Shown here piece by piece: positions 24,727-35,112 of a DNA stretch of 35,112 nucleotides; position 1 is the stretch's first letter, and each line of letters begins with the position of its first letter. The position numbers were made by a program, and so were the translations under genes. The notes under the pieces were generated by a model. The model saw only the letters and a program-made list of their open reading frames with translations, had not been told where the DNA came from and did no database searches. Origin of the DNA: Paraglomus brasilianum (lineage: Eukaryota); contig CAJVPI010000328.1 in NCBI GenBank assembly GCA_910592345.1, forward strand, positions 1 through 35,112, read 5' to 3'.

Positions 24727-25490
24727 TCATAGACACATAGGGGCAGTAATGGAGGTGAGGTATGTAGGACAGCAACAGCTGTTTTGGAATTCTTTGGAAG
24801 ATGCCAAAAAATAAAATAAAATAAATAATATATATAATATAATATAAAGGTATGCTTAAATTTCAGGCAAAATTATTAGAACATACCTGCAACTGAGACC
24901 AATATTTAAGATAGTACACAGCCACTTGGAGAACAGGGCCAGCTTTAGTTGTAGTTGATCCAGTCTCATTCTTTCCTTCAAATAATGCTGACCAAGCAAA
25001 TGCACCAGCAATTATAACAGAGATAGTTCTATCAGCTCCTATTACTATCTGTCTATCATTATCATTGACACACTCCTGCAGATACCTCCAAGCACTGAGC
25101 CAAGATGCTACCTCATAACATACATGTAATCACCTTTGCCTCTGTATTCATTGACTGCTAACTCAACAAGCTCTTGGGTCCAGGCATACATGTTTGCAAC
25201 ATCTGAAATGTGTGGGGGTGAGTTTACATCCAAGTCCTCATTTTGCAAGTCTTGGAGGAATTGACTAAAGGTGTTGTTGAAGAGGCTGATATAGATAGGA
25301 GGGCCCCTAGCCGGGAAAGGATGACCAATAAAGATTTTTGGGACTTTTGTTGAGTTTGAAAAATTCACTAGGCTGGTCTCAATCTGACACAGCATCCATA
25401 GAGCAGCCTGTGTCAATAGCAGATTTGAATTCTGGAGCAAGGAATGTTCTCTGAAAAATTTAACATATCTGATACAAAGTCATCAAACAG
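24727..25490 (-). pseudogene. Relic of a Crinkler-type restriction-endonuclease-like domain gene
   Basis: Fragments GHP...GPPIYISLFNNTFSQFLQDL, LFEGKNETG...PVLQVAVYYLKYWSQ and NSCCCPTYLTSITAP. Contains stops and a degenerate acceptor. The family assignment comes from remembered motif similarity. Confidence 0.55.
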
Positions 25491-25573
25491 GTAATTAGTA
25501 TTGGAAAAGTCAAATCAATAACCCCCTCCCAAAAAAAAAAAAGGAGTAAACTATGTATTTTGTCAAGTCAACG

Positions 25574-25611
25574 GTAGTAGATAACAATATATATATATTG
25601 TTATCTACTAC
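25574..25611. repeat. Perfect 38-bp palindrome
   Basis: GTAGTAGATAACAATATATATATATTGTTATCTACTAC equals its own reverse complement. Confidence 0.95.
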
Positions 25612-25799
25612 GGTCATGGAAGGGCAATCGATCATCAACTCTCTATCTTTCAGGCGGAGCTGTGGCTTATCCCACTTTAGTTAATTAAATAAAAGACAGC
25701 TAGTGACCTCCCTTCCAATGGAATTAATTCGGAAGCCTATAGGTTGAGGTTTATCTAAAATGCATTTCCACTTAAGTGAATAACAATCGTAATGTCATG

Positions 25800-25970
25800 A
25801 GAATATCCACGGGACAAGAGCGGAGATTCCTAATCGACATGGGATTAGCGGTTTCACAACCATACCGATAATTACCAGAAAACAAGTAATATATTTTAGA
25901 GTATAAAAAAATACTCATTTATTGATAATAATATTATTATTAAAGGGATCGAAAGTATCTGAACACATTG
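25800..25970 (+). repeat. Dispersed LTR-like repeat, copy 2 (partial, lacks the MITE)
   Basis: GGGATTAGCGGTTTCACAACCATACC...TATAAAAAAATACTCATTTATT...GGGATCGAAAGTATCTGAACAC is colinear with copy 1 once the MITE is removed. Confidence 0.65.
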
Positions 25971-26680
25971 AAAATCGAGTCTCTTATATCTATATGGCTC
26001 TTTTCCGTGCGCGCTGTTGTCCATTTTCTCTAAATTTAGTTACTGATTATTGTTGTGCGACTACTATAATTATTGCGTAAAATCCTTGTGACACTAACAA
26101 CACACATCAATACAGCAATAGGGAAAATATCATAGGATGTTATGAAGAAGGATCTTACAATATTAGATGCAAGTTTGATTACACAGGTGAAATTTCGATA
26201 ACAGTGTAACAATTAAGTATACGTATTGGTATGCAAATTAATGCAAATAGCAAAGTAATATTCAAAGAAATATAGATCTTCCAATAGCTGGCTTTAATCC
26301 AGAACGTTAAATATTTATTACTATAATCGTATTAAGTACTTCCATACTCATCCTATCATAATTTAAGCGACTTGTTATATTGTAGATGTTCGACTAAATT
26401 CTACGTGAAATGTTATAATTGCATAGAAGTTAATCGAGTCTCCCAACCGTTATCATTTACTTTCCAGAACTTGCTTTGCTTCCAGCCGCCAAATTTTATG
26501 CCAAAATGTGTATCAAGAATTAACAAATGCTAAAAAGGTGGTATGGAGAATTTGAATATATAGGACGCGAATTAAGATTTGTCATCAGATGTTTCTGTCC
26601 AATGAGAATAGTTACAGCCTGATAACGTGCTTGAAAATGGTAAGTCTACTCCTGATCATCCTTTTTTTTTGCATTAAACG

Positions 26681-28387
26681 ATGGCCAAGGCAGTTCAGAA
26701 TGTATTTATTGTCGCCGCCAAGCGTAAGTACTTTCAACAGCTCTAATTATATATGCTTTGAACATATATATTAACATTGATTATTTTCAGGCACGCCGTT
26801 TGGCACATTCGGAGGAACATTAAAAGACTTCACTGGTATAAATATTATGAGGATACTTGTATCATTATTTGAAAACGCAACTTGTCAAACTAATTTATTT
26901 ATATCAACTCACAAGCAACTGAACTTGGAGGCGTCGCTGCAAAAGCAGCGCTTGCTACACTCCCAAGCAAACTACCCATAGACTCGGTGATCTTTGGCAA
27001 TGTTACCCAAACAGACAACACGGCACCCTATCTTGCCCGACACGTTGGTCATCGTGCTGGTTTACCTGTCACTGTGCCTGCCTTGTCCATAAATCGTTTA
27101 TGTGGTTCAGGGTTTCAGGCTGTCATAAACGCTATTCAGGAGATTCGTGTTGGAGATGCACATGTTGTGTTAACCGGTGGGACTGAGAGTATGAGCAAAT
27201 CACCATACACACTTCATAATGTTCGTTGGGGAACGAGGTACGGGATGGATTTAAAGATGGAAGACTCCTTGGCAACAGCATTGGTCGATCAGTATCCGAC
27301 AAAGACGCCAATGGGTATCACTGCCGAAAATTTGGGACAGAAGTATAATATCACTAGGGAACAGTGTGATGAGTTTGCCTTGAGCAGTCAGAAGAGATGG
27401 GCAGCCGGTATATACATTTGATCTATGGATATTTGTCAGTTTTACAATTGAGAAGTAAACGTGTATCTCACAGCTATAAAATTTTTTATTATATCCGCTT
27501 TGATTATCTGCAGCCAAAGAAGCTGGGCAGTTTGAGAAAGAGATTGCTCCAATGGAGGTAAAGACCAAGAAGGGAACCATCGAGTTCGCAACTGATGAAC
27601 ATCCACGTCCCCAAACTACCATTGAGTCACTTAAAAAACTACCGCCTGTATTTGTAAAAAACACTGGTCTTGTTACTGCTGGCAATGCGTCTGGGATCAG
27701 TGATGGTGCTGGAGCAGTTGTAGTGGCAAGCGAAGAAGCTGTGAACCAGCACAAGTTAACTCCTTTGGCTAGAATCGTGAATTACTTTGTAGTAGGAGTT
27801 GAGCCAACGATTATGGGCATCGGGCCTGTACCAGCAATCAGGGGTGTCTTGCACAGAGCTAATTTGAAGTTGGAGGATATCGGCTTAATAGAAGTTAATG
27901 AAGCCTTTGCTGCACAGTATCTGGCTGTAGAAAAGGAGCTAGGACTCGATCGGAGCATTACAAATACGAACGGCGGTGAGTTATTAACTATTCTGATGTG
28001 CTGTTGGTAGTGAGAATAAATAGCGTTACTAACAAATGGCTCTTTACATATTTACATATATTATTTGCAGGTGGTGAGTAATAGTTCTTATATTTATATC
28101 AAAGATATGTCCTTGAAAACTGTATCGCAGCACAATTGTTCACTTTATTTTGTATTTTTATAGCCATCTCTGTTGGCCATCCTCTTGCAGCGTCGGGATC
28201 ACGTATTCTTGCTCATTTGACGTATGAAATGCACCGAACTGGTGTCAAATATGCACTTGGGTCAGCTTGCATCGGCGGTGGTCAAGGTAATTAAATAGTC
28301 TTGATGTCACGAAAGTTAACTTGGAAGTAATTGCTAATATAATTTTTTAATTTTGTAGGCATAGCTGTAATTCTTGAAAAAGTATAA
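26681..28387 (+). CDS. ACAA2: 3-ketoacyl-CoA thiolase, mitochondrial ACAA2 type; exons 26681-26723, 26791-26835, 26916-27407, 27514-27975, 28071-28073, 28164-28286, 28359-28387
   Basis: Motifs VFIVAAKRTPFG, NRLCGSG, TAGNASGISDGA, NEAFA, NGGAISVGHP and SACIGGGQG. Confidence 0.95.
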
Positions 28388-28522
28388 TGGTATGTAACCA
28401 AAAGAGGAGATCCGTTTCTAACAAAAATCAACTAAAAATGAATAAAGGACTTTCTAGAATAACCCTGTTCATACTAAATGTACAAGACAAGTCTTGGACA
28501 AATATTTCTAGTTACAGTATCT

Positions 28523-29926
28523 TTATTCACAGACAACTTTCCAATTCAGGACTTGCCCCGCCAGGAAAGGAACAACTCGTCCCTTTTGCGCATCGCCATC
28601 TTTCCCATACTCGTAATTCTTTGGGACAGTCAGACTCTCCTTCAATAACCTCATCTCGCGCCCGCTACCTTGTTTCTCACTCACGCCATAAAACCTCTTT
28701 CCATATACACAAGCAAAACCATGCAATTTGTCCAAGGATCCGAAAGACTCTAATATTGTAGCAAGATATGACATTGTCAATGGACTAGTAAATACACCAG
28801 CTGCTCCTTGTGCACATTCTTTTAGGTTGTCCGGATGTGGTGCCGAATCAGTACCAAGAAAGAACCGAGGGTGACCTTCTAAAATAACATCTCGTAATGC
28901 TTGGCGATCGTGGGGAAACTTTGCGACAGGCTTGCAGAAGTTATGTGGTTTGCCTGCCCAATCGTCTACGGTTAATTGAAGATGGTGGACTGTTATCGTA
29001 CAACCTATCGTGTCGCCTAGAGATTTAACCTGATATCAATCAAAAGAATGTCAATTGTCATTAGCCTATACAGTTGAAACTATTTCACGTGACGCCCCGA
29101 TTTGATACATATTATCCTATCATACTTGCCATGTCCACAGCTGCTTTTGTTGTAGCATGTTCCAAGACGATTTTTAGTCGAGGAAAGTCATGATGCAGTT
29201 GTTTCAGATGCACAAGGAATTTTTCCTCGGCATTCAACACGCATACATCCTAATAAAACACGCGAAAATTCGTTAATTAATTGAGAGTGACTATGGCTGA
29301 CCAAAGTCTATTTTAGACTCGATATCCGCATGGCGATACAAACGTTATCTGCGTCACTTGGTACTTCGCCGTGTAAGTTCAAAACCAAACCCTCTTCCTC
29401 CATTGCCTTGAACACGTCATAATACGTATTATAGGACTCGATACCCGAATCAGAATTTGTAGTTACTCCTCTCGGATACGATTTCACGCCTACATGGGAT
29501 ATATCGAAACATCCAATTAAATATATTTCCATACAAATTCTCTCTTCAGAGCATCGAAATTAGTATTCGAACCAACTATTCCGTGGGCTTTCGCTTTACG
29601 TATTTCCTCCGGTGTTAGTTCCGGCGTGAGATAAAGAGTCATTAAAAACGTCACATTCGGTGCAAGTTGTTCCAATTGGGCCTTGTACGCAAGTGCTTGG
29701 TCTGTTTTCGTTATTGGTGGTTTGAGGTTTGGCTAATATACGATAATCCGATAAGTATGTAAATTGTGGGGCCACGAAAAAGATTATAATGGATGCAAAA
29801 TACCATGACATAACATAGAGATACGCCTCCTTCTAGTATACGAGGAACTATCATTTTCATCATGTCATCTTGACGCAGATGAATGTGGAAGTCACACGCA
29901 GACGGAAGTGTCAATATATTGGTCAT
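28523..29926 (-). CDS. URA4: Dihydroorotase (homodimeric type); exons 29926-29804, 29732-29573, 29489-29344, 29249-29130, 29029-28523
   Basis: Motifs DFHIHLRQ, VMPNLKPP, GVKSYPRGVTTNS, LNLHGE, LEHATT, TITVHHL, FCKPVAK and FFLGTDSAPH. Confidence 0.97.
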
Positions 29927-30554
29927 TCTCTCTCGATTCGGTCTGTCATCAATATCGATGGGTTTTAATAATTTTTGTCCCACTTGTGTCGTACAAAGAA
30001 TATTGTACTATCAGCTATATATTTAAAGTCCCTGCTTATTAGATAAAGAGTGACTATTGCGAGGCCTTTCAATAATTGCAGACGGAGCTCTGTAGAGTTT
30101 GAGCAAATACTATTACTATCTAGTTGTAGAACCGTTTAGATATTCCCAATTTGTGACACAATTAGTTATGAGCGTAAGTTAATATTAAGATATTGTCGGG
30201 TACGTTTTCGAGTTACTAAATTTGGTAGGGGAGAACACATTTCATTGCAAAAGTCACGTGAAGAATGTACGCAACCGTGCAGCAATATTAATATATGAAG
30301 ATATGTGTGGGAAAAAAAATTAATTAAGCATGATTGCAAAATCTGATCACGGCAAAGCCGTGCAGTGGTACCACAGCGAAGCGTTATTTTTTAGCATGTA
30401 TTTAACTTTGAGACATATGTGATGCTTGACATATTCTCTCCATTATTTCTGCGTTCCTCCGGCGGTGCCGCAGCCACATTCGATCAGCGGTAACACCAGC
30501 GCAGCTGCGGAATTGGGAAGTTACAACCATTTTTGGGGCGTTGCTGAGTACAAG

Positions 30555-30921
30555 CAGCTAGAATTTCAGCTAGAGTCAATGTGTTTTCGCATGGTGAATT
30601 TGATTCCTATATTCCTTATAATTCATATATATTTGTTAATAAACGAGTATCGCGTTTACTCTGAACTTGTATTATTGACCCTATTCTCTAAATTAGTTGA
30701 TATATCTGAGAAACCGTTAAATCCGTATATCAACTGCTCCTTGTCCCACAATTATCTGAGTGGCGAGTTAAGATAATTAATCTTATTTTAGAAACGCGTT
30801 TACTTTTATTCATAAACCATTGTACCCCAAACGGGAGATTATCGGATTAATCCCTCGATAATAACCGACGAACATACTCGAGCACGATTAATTTATCTAG
30901 GATTTACGTCATTCTACGACG
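30555..30921 (-). repeat. Dispersed LTR-like repeat, copy 3 (inverted)
   Basis: Reverse complement reads AATCCTAGATAAATTAATCGTGCTCGAG...GGGACAAGGAGC...TAACGGTTTCTC...ATACTCGTTTATT...TCTAGCTGAAATTCTA, colinear with copies 1 and 2. Confidence 0.6.
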
Positions 30922-31221
30922 AAATAGTCCGTAAGTGAAAAGCCTTGAATTAACGAGGTCACTAACTGCAAACTAGATATTTAACTAGAATAGGAGGCGC
31001 CACGCTCCGTTAAATCCCAAGTGTCGATTACTATCTGCTCTCCCGCAGTAGTCGGCATGACACATACACCAACCAGAACAGGCAAAGCCTGGAGCTTCCG
31101 ACCGATAATTATTTTCGAATTGAAAGAATATTTTGCATAGTATATAACCTAACAAAGTGAGTATAACCTAGAATCAATAATAGTCAGCCGTTGCAACAAA
31201 AATCGTTAAAAAATTCCAGAA

Positions 31222-31933
31222 ATGAGTCTTTCTGAGCTTAGTAAATATGCATCAGAATTACTTGATGCTCTACCAGATAATAGGAAGAGAGACCAAGCAC
31301 GAAGACGCTTTTGGGATGGCTTCAAATTTAGCAAAGAGCAGGTGGATGCTTTAGTTCCTATTCAAAAAAGTGGCCATAAATCTGATAACCTTAGAAGATC
31401 GAAAATTCCTACCTTGCAGGATCAGGAAGAAGAAAAAAGCTAACAGATTTTGCAAAATAGATATAGGATTAGTAAAGGTCAAGTAGATGCCTTATTCTCT
31501 GTCCAGAAAAACGATCGACCCGAAAGTAAACCATAAACATTGTAATCTCTAATCAGACCCCACAAGGCTTGGAAGAAGAGACTGTTGGAGAAATGGCGCA
31601 ACGATTTTTGCAGGACAAGCTTAGTATTAGTGCTAGAGATGTAAGAGCTGAAGCTTATGCCTTAGCCCTACCAGCGCCAAATGCTAATGCCGGTTCATCA
31701 CGTCTATCACGACTCAGAAGAGAATTAAGAAATCTTGCTGCTTCATCCGAAATAATCGAGGCAACAAAGATCTCTGAAATAACGAAAAAGGCCAACAAAA
31801 TTCAGTAGAATCGACGAAAATTTGTTGAAAAATTGACTATCCAGACCATTTTACGTTAGAATCCGTTAAAGAAAGGTTAGATAAATACTATATATCTGCT
31901 CCATCCGATTTACAAGCTCTCGCAAATGTTATG
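31222..31933 (+). pseudogene. Intronless, truncated relic of a multicopy fungal protein family, possibly tyrosine-recombinase-like
   Basis: Coding-like text continues across stops and frameshifts: MSLSELSKYASELL...SSRLSRLRRELR...ANKIQ*...IDYPDHFTLESVKERLD...LQALANVM, then is cut off. Confidence 0.6.
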
Positions 31934-32135
31934 CAGCCTTTTTCATTAAGTTGTTCAGAAAAGAAATATCATTTGCAGTTGCATGATCTAACTGTTCAAT
32001 ATACTGCTTGAATATACCAAACGCTTTTTTACCTTCTTCATAAGTGATAATGGATCTTTCCTCCTCTTCTTTATCTTCATCATCATCACTACTTATACTT
32101 GGAAGACATTCTAATATCAAAGAATCAAATTTCAT
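31929..32135 (-). mobile_element. Probable C-terminal fragment of a pogo/Tigger (CENP-B-like) transposase
   Basis: Acidic tract DDDEDKEEE followed by the helix ITYEEGKKAFGIFKQYIEQ, the arrangement of pogo/CENP-B C-termini. No DDE core or TIR seen. Confidence 0.5.
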
Positions 32136-33343
32136 GTAAATAGCTATCGCGAGGGACTTTTATTCACAACGTTCTATGTAAATGTCAAACAAATAACACG
32201 TAAATAACGCGAAAATAACACGAAAATAACTATTACACTGCAACGTCCATCACATTACAAAATAACTGCATACAGTCTTTTTTAGCAATTGGTGTAACTT
32301 AGGGGGTTCGGATTATTATATTTGGTTATTATTATTATTATAAGAATTTTGGGGATGTAATAGGGATATATTTGAGATGGGATATGACTGGCACAAAAAG
32401 GAACATTCGTTCTTAGAAGGCCATTTGTTTTTACAAAATTTGGGGATATAACCGGGAGTGGGATATAAACGGAGTACGAGCGTATTACCAAAGAAACAAT
32501 ACACGGCAGTCTCTGGTAAAAAACAGATAATAATTCTGATTATACATTAAGGTTTGTAATCATTGTCACTACAATTATTATCACCGGCTGAATACCACAT
32601 ATTAATATATGAATCAAGAAAGTGGTCAACCCTATCTTTATATCCGTAGTAATCCAAAATTGACTTATGGGTGGTAGTATCTGATTTTAATAGAAAAAGA
32701 AACCGAATTATTAATTTTATTTCAAAGAAATTATTTGATAAAATGCAATGTAAACTTTACTTACAAGATATGGGATTAGACAATGTTGGAGTAACAGGAT
32801 AAGTGGTCTTATTATTATATGTGTTATTATCGGTCTTGGAGGTATTGGGATTGTTAGACTTGGGAATGTTAGATTTGTTAGTCTTGGAGGTGGTAGGATT
32901 ATTAATCCTAGAGGTGGAGGTACCATTAGTAATACTCATTTTTACACAAAAAAAATCCTAATAAGTAAAAATCATTTCCAATATCCGCTGAAAACGATTA
33001 CAATAATGGTACATTGCTTACCACAGAAGAGAAAAAAACGATATATTTTATACTGTTTAGAACTATCCCAAAAGCCAAATATATTTAACCATCGTTTTTT
33101 GGTAAAGTTAACCCTTAGATTCGACGATCTCGTAAAAAAGACAATGATCTTGGTGATCCGAGTCCCGCAACATGCGAATTTTGATAAAACTACTAATGAA
33201 AAATTCCTCTTATGGCTCTTTTAATATTATGAATTAAATCCGTGAATCAGAGATCAGCATAGAAGTAACATAAGTGATCACAGATCTTGATCTGAAAAAA
33301 AAATTTCTCTACGCGTGATAGAGCTATGGATTAGTGCTTTACT

Positions 33344-34956
33344 ATGGATCTCAACGTAAAGGTTCCATGAATCGATATTTCTTCATTTTATGCATTTTTC
33401 TTTTACCTAACAAAATATTAAAAAACTACAGTTTAGAGGATGGGAAGTTGCTTTAGACTCCGACGACTTCACACTTCCTTCTATCCTGAAATTTCGTCGG
33501 ACGAAGAAGGATTTCTCGTCCAATAAGCAAGTCGAGCATACTGCCATAGCTAAGTTTGTATCGTACGTGGAAGAAACTGCAGTAGATGAAAAGTGGAGGA
33601 AGGCGGCATCCGTCTTCAATAAAAGCGGAGAGTTAAAGGTAATAGGTATCAGAGGATTTGCGTGGCAAAGTGGTGAGGGAATAGAGAGGAGTTGGACACT
33701 GTCAAAACAACCACCTAAGCAGCCCATCAACGCGTTAGGCTAGTTATGGAGACTAGTTATAGAACTTACTCCGGTGGGCTCCATCTTAAGTCTGCGTGAA
33801 GGCCAGAGCCAACTCGTCTCAGTGCCAAGAACAACTCGTTCATTCGCAGTTCCCAATGAAACACGTTAATTTGCAGTTCCCAATGAAACAAGGGCGTGTG
33901 ATTAGAATTAGGGTGTCAAATTTCCTGTAATTTACTTTTACTTTATTTCGTAGCGTCAGGCTCAATGGGAAGCTGTTGAGACATTCTGGAGAGAAGTCGA
34001 GCTTGAGGAAATTGAGAAAGACAATCAGCTGTTGTCGAAGAAAATGGATCAAGTTGATGTAATTGTCAGTTTAGTTTAAGTACCAAATGCATATTAAATG
34101 CACTAACCATTGCTTATGGTTTTGCAGATGAGATTTTGTTTAGATCAATCTTTAGCCGGAAATGAGGCTCACGTCATCTTGAACCGGACAAAGTTGGACT
34201 GTTTATCGAAAAGGGAGAATCTCAAGAGAAAAGCTGTACCCAATGTTGACACAGGCAAGAGCGATACAAATACTGTCAGCGGAACTATAACCGGTGGTAT
34301 GTTCATTGACAGATCATCCGAATCAAAAACAGATCGGGAAAAGGTACGAATGCATTTTGTCATGAGAATCAGCAGAAATGGCCAATGTTTTAATGCCAAT
34401 TATTTTAATGTTATCTCATGCATTTCTGTAGGACGAGATCGATGACTTCTTTCTAAGTACTTCCGAACAACAATCATCCAATCCGTTCGAACAAGACACT
34501 GTCAACAAAACAGATAACGAGAGGGACAAAGTATGATATTCACATAAAATGAATCGTTCGGTCATCACTATTCATAAAGATAAATATATTCTCTATCTCG
34601 CTTTCACTCTTTGTAGATTATTCATCGGACAGAAAAACATAAACGAGATGAGTCTCCTCATTGCCTTAATTGTGATGCAGAGAGAGGTAAATGTGATAAA
34701 TACATTAAACTTTGTTGCAACGGATAAACAATATTCACTTTTTTTTTTATTTTTTAGATTAATATTTCTGTCTTTGAATTTTGTCCATTCTGTGGAACTA
34801 ATATTGATGCAGGTGAGGAAAATGATGATACTCCCTTAAAGGTCAATAAGGTTGCCCTTATGATGCCATCCCAGACACTTCAAAGTTGCAGTTGAGCACA
34901 GGCAAAATAGTGGAGGATGTACTCTTTGAATTTGTGAAAGACATAGACTATGAACA
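33344..34956 (+). pseudogene. Multi-exon gene or pseudogene with a zinc ribbon and the start of a Crinkler-like C-terminal domain; exons about 33344-33355, 33433-33638, 33954-34058, 34128-34343, 34432-34530, 34618-34687, 34759-34956
   Basis: The first exons join in frame (MDLN-FRGWE...VEHTAI...-RQAQWEAVETFWREVE). CLNC...FCPFCG and LSTGKIVEDVLFEFVKDIDYE follow but need two frameshifts. Confidence 0.6.
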
Positions 34957-35112
34957 GTAAGTTTCTTGAAATTTAAATTCGTTTTACCTTTTCATTCATG
35001 AACTGACATACATGGGGATGCTGAAAAGTTTTGTTGTTGATTCTTTATTTCTCGAAATTACATAATAATTATTAATAAAACTATTCCATTCCCTCAAAGT
35101 ACTCTCCACTAA

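Noticed and set aside
27251..27754. Antisense ORFs over conserved genes (also 13330..13743, 11949..12311, 28387..28761, 33407..33730)
   Set aside because: These are shadows of coding exons on the opposite strand, with no motifs.
7586..29926. Functional metabolic gene cluster (peptidase, asparaginase, dihydroorotase)
   Set aside because: These are ordinary housekeeping genes interspersed with unrelated ones; the aspartate/nitrogen link is loose and there is no evidence of co-regulation.
33843..33892. Direct repeat GCAGTTCCCAATGAAACA x2, and the 11-mer tandem repeats at 32191-32230
   Set aside because: Simple local duplications with no further structure.

Overview
AT-rich, intron-rich eukaryotic DNA from an early-diverging fungus. 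Glomeromycotina (arbuscular-mycorrhizal type) is my inference, based on the Sel1-repeat relic, the Crinkler-like relics and the gene families present. Splicing by hand gives six conserved genes: EAF6 (-), an M1 puromycin-sensitive/Ape2-type aminopeptidase (+, 16 exons), an ankyrin-repeat asparaginase ASPG (-, 13 exons), tubulin cofactor B (+), an ACAA2-type thiolase (+) and dihydroorotase URA4 (-). There is also an orphan gene at the left edge. The intergenic DNA holds TA-flanked pogo/Tc1-type MITEs, a Mutator-like foldback MITE with a 9-bp TSD, a three-copy LTR-like repeat and several decayed genes. The strongest unusual signals are a 3-nt microexon needed to build the thiolase NGGAI motif, three GC-AG introns among about 45, and an in-frame upstream ATG that adds a signal-anchor to the aminopeptidase. 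More speculative are a truncated gene that may belong to a tyrosine-recombinase-like family and a perfect 38-bp palindrome. I see no evidence for a coherent new multi-gene system, CRISPR array or RNA gene.
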